NCBI RefSeq assembly: GCF_001194135.2
Contig: NC_068984.1
Location: 105,672,355 to 105,709,964 of the forward strand
From: Octopus bimaculoides
Taxonomy: Eukaryota
Direction: 5' to 3'
Length of the DNA stretch: 37,610 nt
In this document: one piece after another, positions 34,768-37,610 of the stretch
Position numbering within the stretch: the stretch's first letter is position 1
How the letters are laid out: every line of letters begins with the position of its first letter
The notes under the pieces: model-generated
Seen by the model: the letters and a program-made list of their open reading frames with translations, nothing else
What the model was told of the DNA's origin: nothing
The model's database searches: none
Translations under genes and position numbers: made by a program

Positions 34768-35385
34768 NNNNNNNNNNNNNNNNNNNNNNNNNNNNNNNNN
34801 NNNNNNNNNNNNNNNNNNNNNNNNNNNNNNNNNNNNNNNNNNNNNNNNNNNNNNNNNNNNNNNNNNNNNNNNNNNNNNNNNNNNNNNNNNNNNNNNNNNN
34901 NNNNNNNNNNNNNNNNNNNNNNNNNNNNNNNNNNNNNNNNNNNNNNNNNNNNNNNNNNNNNNNNNNNNNNNNNNNNNNNNNNNNNNNNNNNNNNNNNNNN
35001 NNNNNNNNNNNNNNNNNNNNNNNNNNNNNNNNNNNNNNNNNNNNNNNNNNNNNNNNNNNNNNNNNNNNNNNNNNNNNNNNNNNNNNNNNNNNNNNNNNNN
35101 NNNNNNNNNNNNNNNNNNNNNNNNNNNNNNNNNNNNNNNNNNNNNNNNNNNNNNNNNNNNNNNNNNNNNNNNNNNNNNNNNNNNNNNNNNNNNNNNNNNN
35201 NNNNNNNNNNNNNNNNNNNNNNNNNNNNNNNNNNNNNNNNNNNNNNNNNNNNNNNNNNNNNNNNNNNNNNNNNNNNNNNNNNNNNNNNNNNNNNNNNNNN
35301 NNNNNNNNNNNNNNNNNNNNNNNNNNNNNNNNNNNNNNNNNNNNNNNNNNNNNNNNNNNNNNNNNNNNNNNNNNNNNNNNNNNNN

Positions 35386-35750
35386 TCCGGGTTCAGTCCC
35401 ACTGCGTGGCACCTTGGGCAAGTGTCTTCTACTATAACCTCGGGCCGACCAAAACCTTGTGAGTGGATTTGGTAGACGGAAACTGAAAGAAGCCCGTCGT
35501 ATATATGTATATATATATATATGTGTGTTTGTGTGTCTGTATTTGTCCCCCCACCATTGCTTGACGACCGATGCTGGTGTGTTTACGTCCCCGTAACTTA
35601 GTGGTTCGGCAAAAAGAGACCGATAGAATAAGTACTAGGCTTCCAAAGAATAAGTACTGGGGTCGATTTGCTCGACTAAAGGCGGTGCTCCAGCATGGCC
35701 GCAGTCAAATGACTGAAATAAGTAAAAGTGTAAAAGAGAGTAAAAGAGAT
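35386..35750 (+). mobile_element. SINE family B
   Basis: ggttcagtcccactgcgtggcaccttgggcaagtg...gtgctccagcatggccgcagtcaaatgactgaaa with a (taaaag)n-like tail. Confidence 0.9.
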
Positions 35751-35998
35751 TTATGGAGAGTCAAAGTTGAGAACAAAAGCAGGACGGTGGAGACATACTA
35801 GGAAGTCGAACGAAAGCAAACATGGAGGATCGTTAGACCAGTACGAGAGGAAAATAGTGAACGCTGGAAGAAATATTTTCTTTGAAAAGAGAAAAGACAG
35901 AGGAAAGACAAAAAATGTCCCGTCCTTTGAACGTCTGCGCAGGAAAAGAAAGATGGTCACGTGAGGAAAAGAAAGGTGGACGATAGTCACATGTGAGC

Positions 35999-36035
<37 letters not shown>

Positions 36036-36418
36036 AAGAGAAAGAGGGAGAGATAGATAGATAGATAGAAAATGGTGAAGGAGGGAGGGGAGAATATGTA
36101 ATTAGAGAAAGATGGAGGAAGAAAACTGTATAGAGTAGAGTCGCATCAAAAAGGTGAAGATAAATTTACTTTGAAACGGATGCGTAGCGTTCAATTAAAT
36201 AATAATATACATAATATATATTTATATGTATTTATATAAAAGATCTCAGTAGTCTCCAGTTCTATCGTCGAAGAGAAGGTGAGGTAGATTACGAGTGGAA
36301 GACCTGTGAGGAATACAGGACAGTATAAAAGTAAGATAGAGCCATGAATGTATGGGAATAAATTGAGAATAAAACTGGTATGGTGAAGGCATATATAACT
36401 TAAAAGTTCGAGGGATAC

Positions 36419-36736
36419 ATAGCTGTAAGCTAATGAAGTTTATGACATCTCAATACTTTNNNNNNNNNNNNNNNNNNNNNNNNNNNNNNNNNNNNNNNNN
36501 NNNNNNNNNNNNNNNNNNNNNNNNNNNNNNNNNNNNNNNNNNNNNNNNNNNNNNNNNNNNNNNNNNNNNNNNNNNNNNNNNNNNNNNNNNNNNNNNNNNN
36601 NNNNNNNNNNNNNNNNNNNNNNNNNNNNNNNNNNNNNNNNNNNNNNNNNNNNNNNNNNNNNNNNNNNNNNNNNNNNNNNNNNNNNNNNNNNNNNNNNNNN
36701 NNNNNNNNNNNNNNNNNNNNNNNNNNNNNNNNNNNN

Positions 36737-36773
<37 letters not shown>

Positions 36774-36827
36774 TATATAAATTACCAAAGTATTGAGCTG
36801 TCATACACTTCATTGGCTTACAGCTGT
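36419..36827. mobile_element. MITE-like element with 41-bp inverted repeats around a gap
   Basis: atagctgtaagctaatgaagtttatgacatctcaatacttt (36419-36459) matches the reverse complement of 36787-36827 with 4 mismatches. Confidence 0.55.
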
Positions 36828-37610
36828 TTCCGCCATAGGATGTACTGCATTCACATTTGAATGTTTGTGTATCACCTTATAATTTCAAGCGTGAAGCACA
36901 CTTCACGTTTGAATCTTCCATAAAGCTATAAGGTGATATACAAGCATTCAACTAGGAGTGCATTGCATCTTATAGCAGAAAGAGTTGTAAACTAATGAAA
37001 TTTATGACAAAATTTCTCATTCCTTTGTCATTTGAATTTCTTATTACTGCTCTATGCTCGAATAACGCTTTGCCTTGAAGCATATGTATATTGAATTCTA
37101 ACTACTGACATCCTTTATTAAGAATATTGCTTAATCATTCCCCACTGAAGACTGAATAGTTGAGTTTTATATGGAAATCTTTGCTGAATGAGATTTACAA
37201 TATATTCAACATATGTACAGCTACTCCGGAAAGCTGTAAGAAACTTTAGTCATAATTTTTTAATACCTTATTTACTGTAACAATTCTTCAATCATGTTTG
37301 AATTATAGATAACATGGTTTAAGTGACACCCCATGCTTTGCTTGTTCAGTCTTTCTTTCTAATATCTATGTATCCACATAACGAGGAACCACTTATCGCC
37401 AGGGTGCAACAGCACTTTTATTTTGTTTTAGCCGCAATTCAGGCCAGAGTTACAGTGGTAAACAAATCGAATACTTATTGTACATATCTATTACATTATG
37501 TCATTAGAGGCAATTATATATATAATACATATAACTCCTATGAAATGTGTTGAGTGCTCTTTTCTTTTGTCTCTTCACTCATTCGTATATATACATGCAC
37601 CCATATATAT

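Noticed and set aside
1-37610. CRISPR arrays, rRNA, bona fide tRNA genes or prokaryotic operons
   Set aside because: No repeat-spacer arrays or rRNA motifs. The tRNA-like boxes belong to SINE heads, and the sequence is clearly eukaryotic repeat-rich DNA.

Overview
This is animal genomic DNA: AT-rich, microsatellite-dense, with 8 assembly gaps. The SINE/RTE repertoire suggests an octopus (inference, not a database match). I found no convincing host protein-coding gene, and most long ORFs in the track are microsatellite or N-gap artefacts. The window is a collection of decayed transposons: four Penelope-like element (PLE) remnants, a 5'-truncated RTE LINE, L1/Tx1 fragments, a full-span Chapaev3-type DNA transposon (CACTG ends, TAG duplication) nested in one PLE, about 12 SINEs and several inverted-repeat-bounded elements. 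The main signal is non-coding. Six type I hammerhead ribozyme (HHR) folds can be read by eye at 13.0k, 17.8k, 18.3k, 25.3k, 30.0k and 31.3k, plus several decayed ones. Most have a 2-bp stem III with a palindromic or near-palindromic cap, the minimal dimer-cleaving type. Two of the six, plus one decayed motif, carry a CCGANGA (U4C) core. One HHR lies in a ~290-nt, heavily structured, non-coding retrozyme-like unit, and two lie in ~250-bp inverted terminal repeats bounding a 6.3-kb PLE. All structures were paired manually and need Infernal, folding and cleavage tests.
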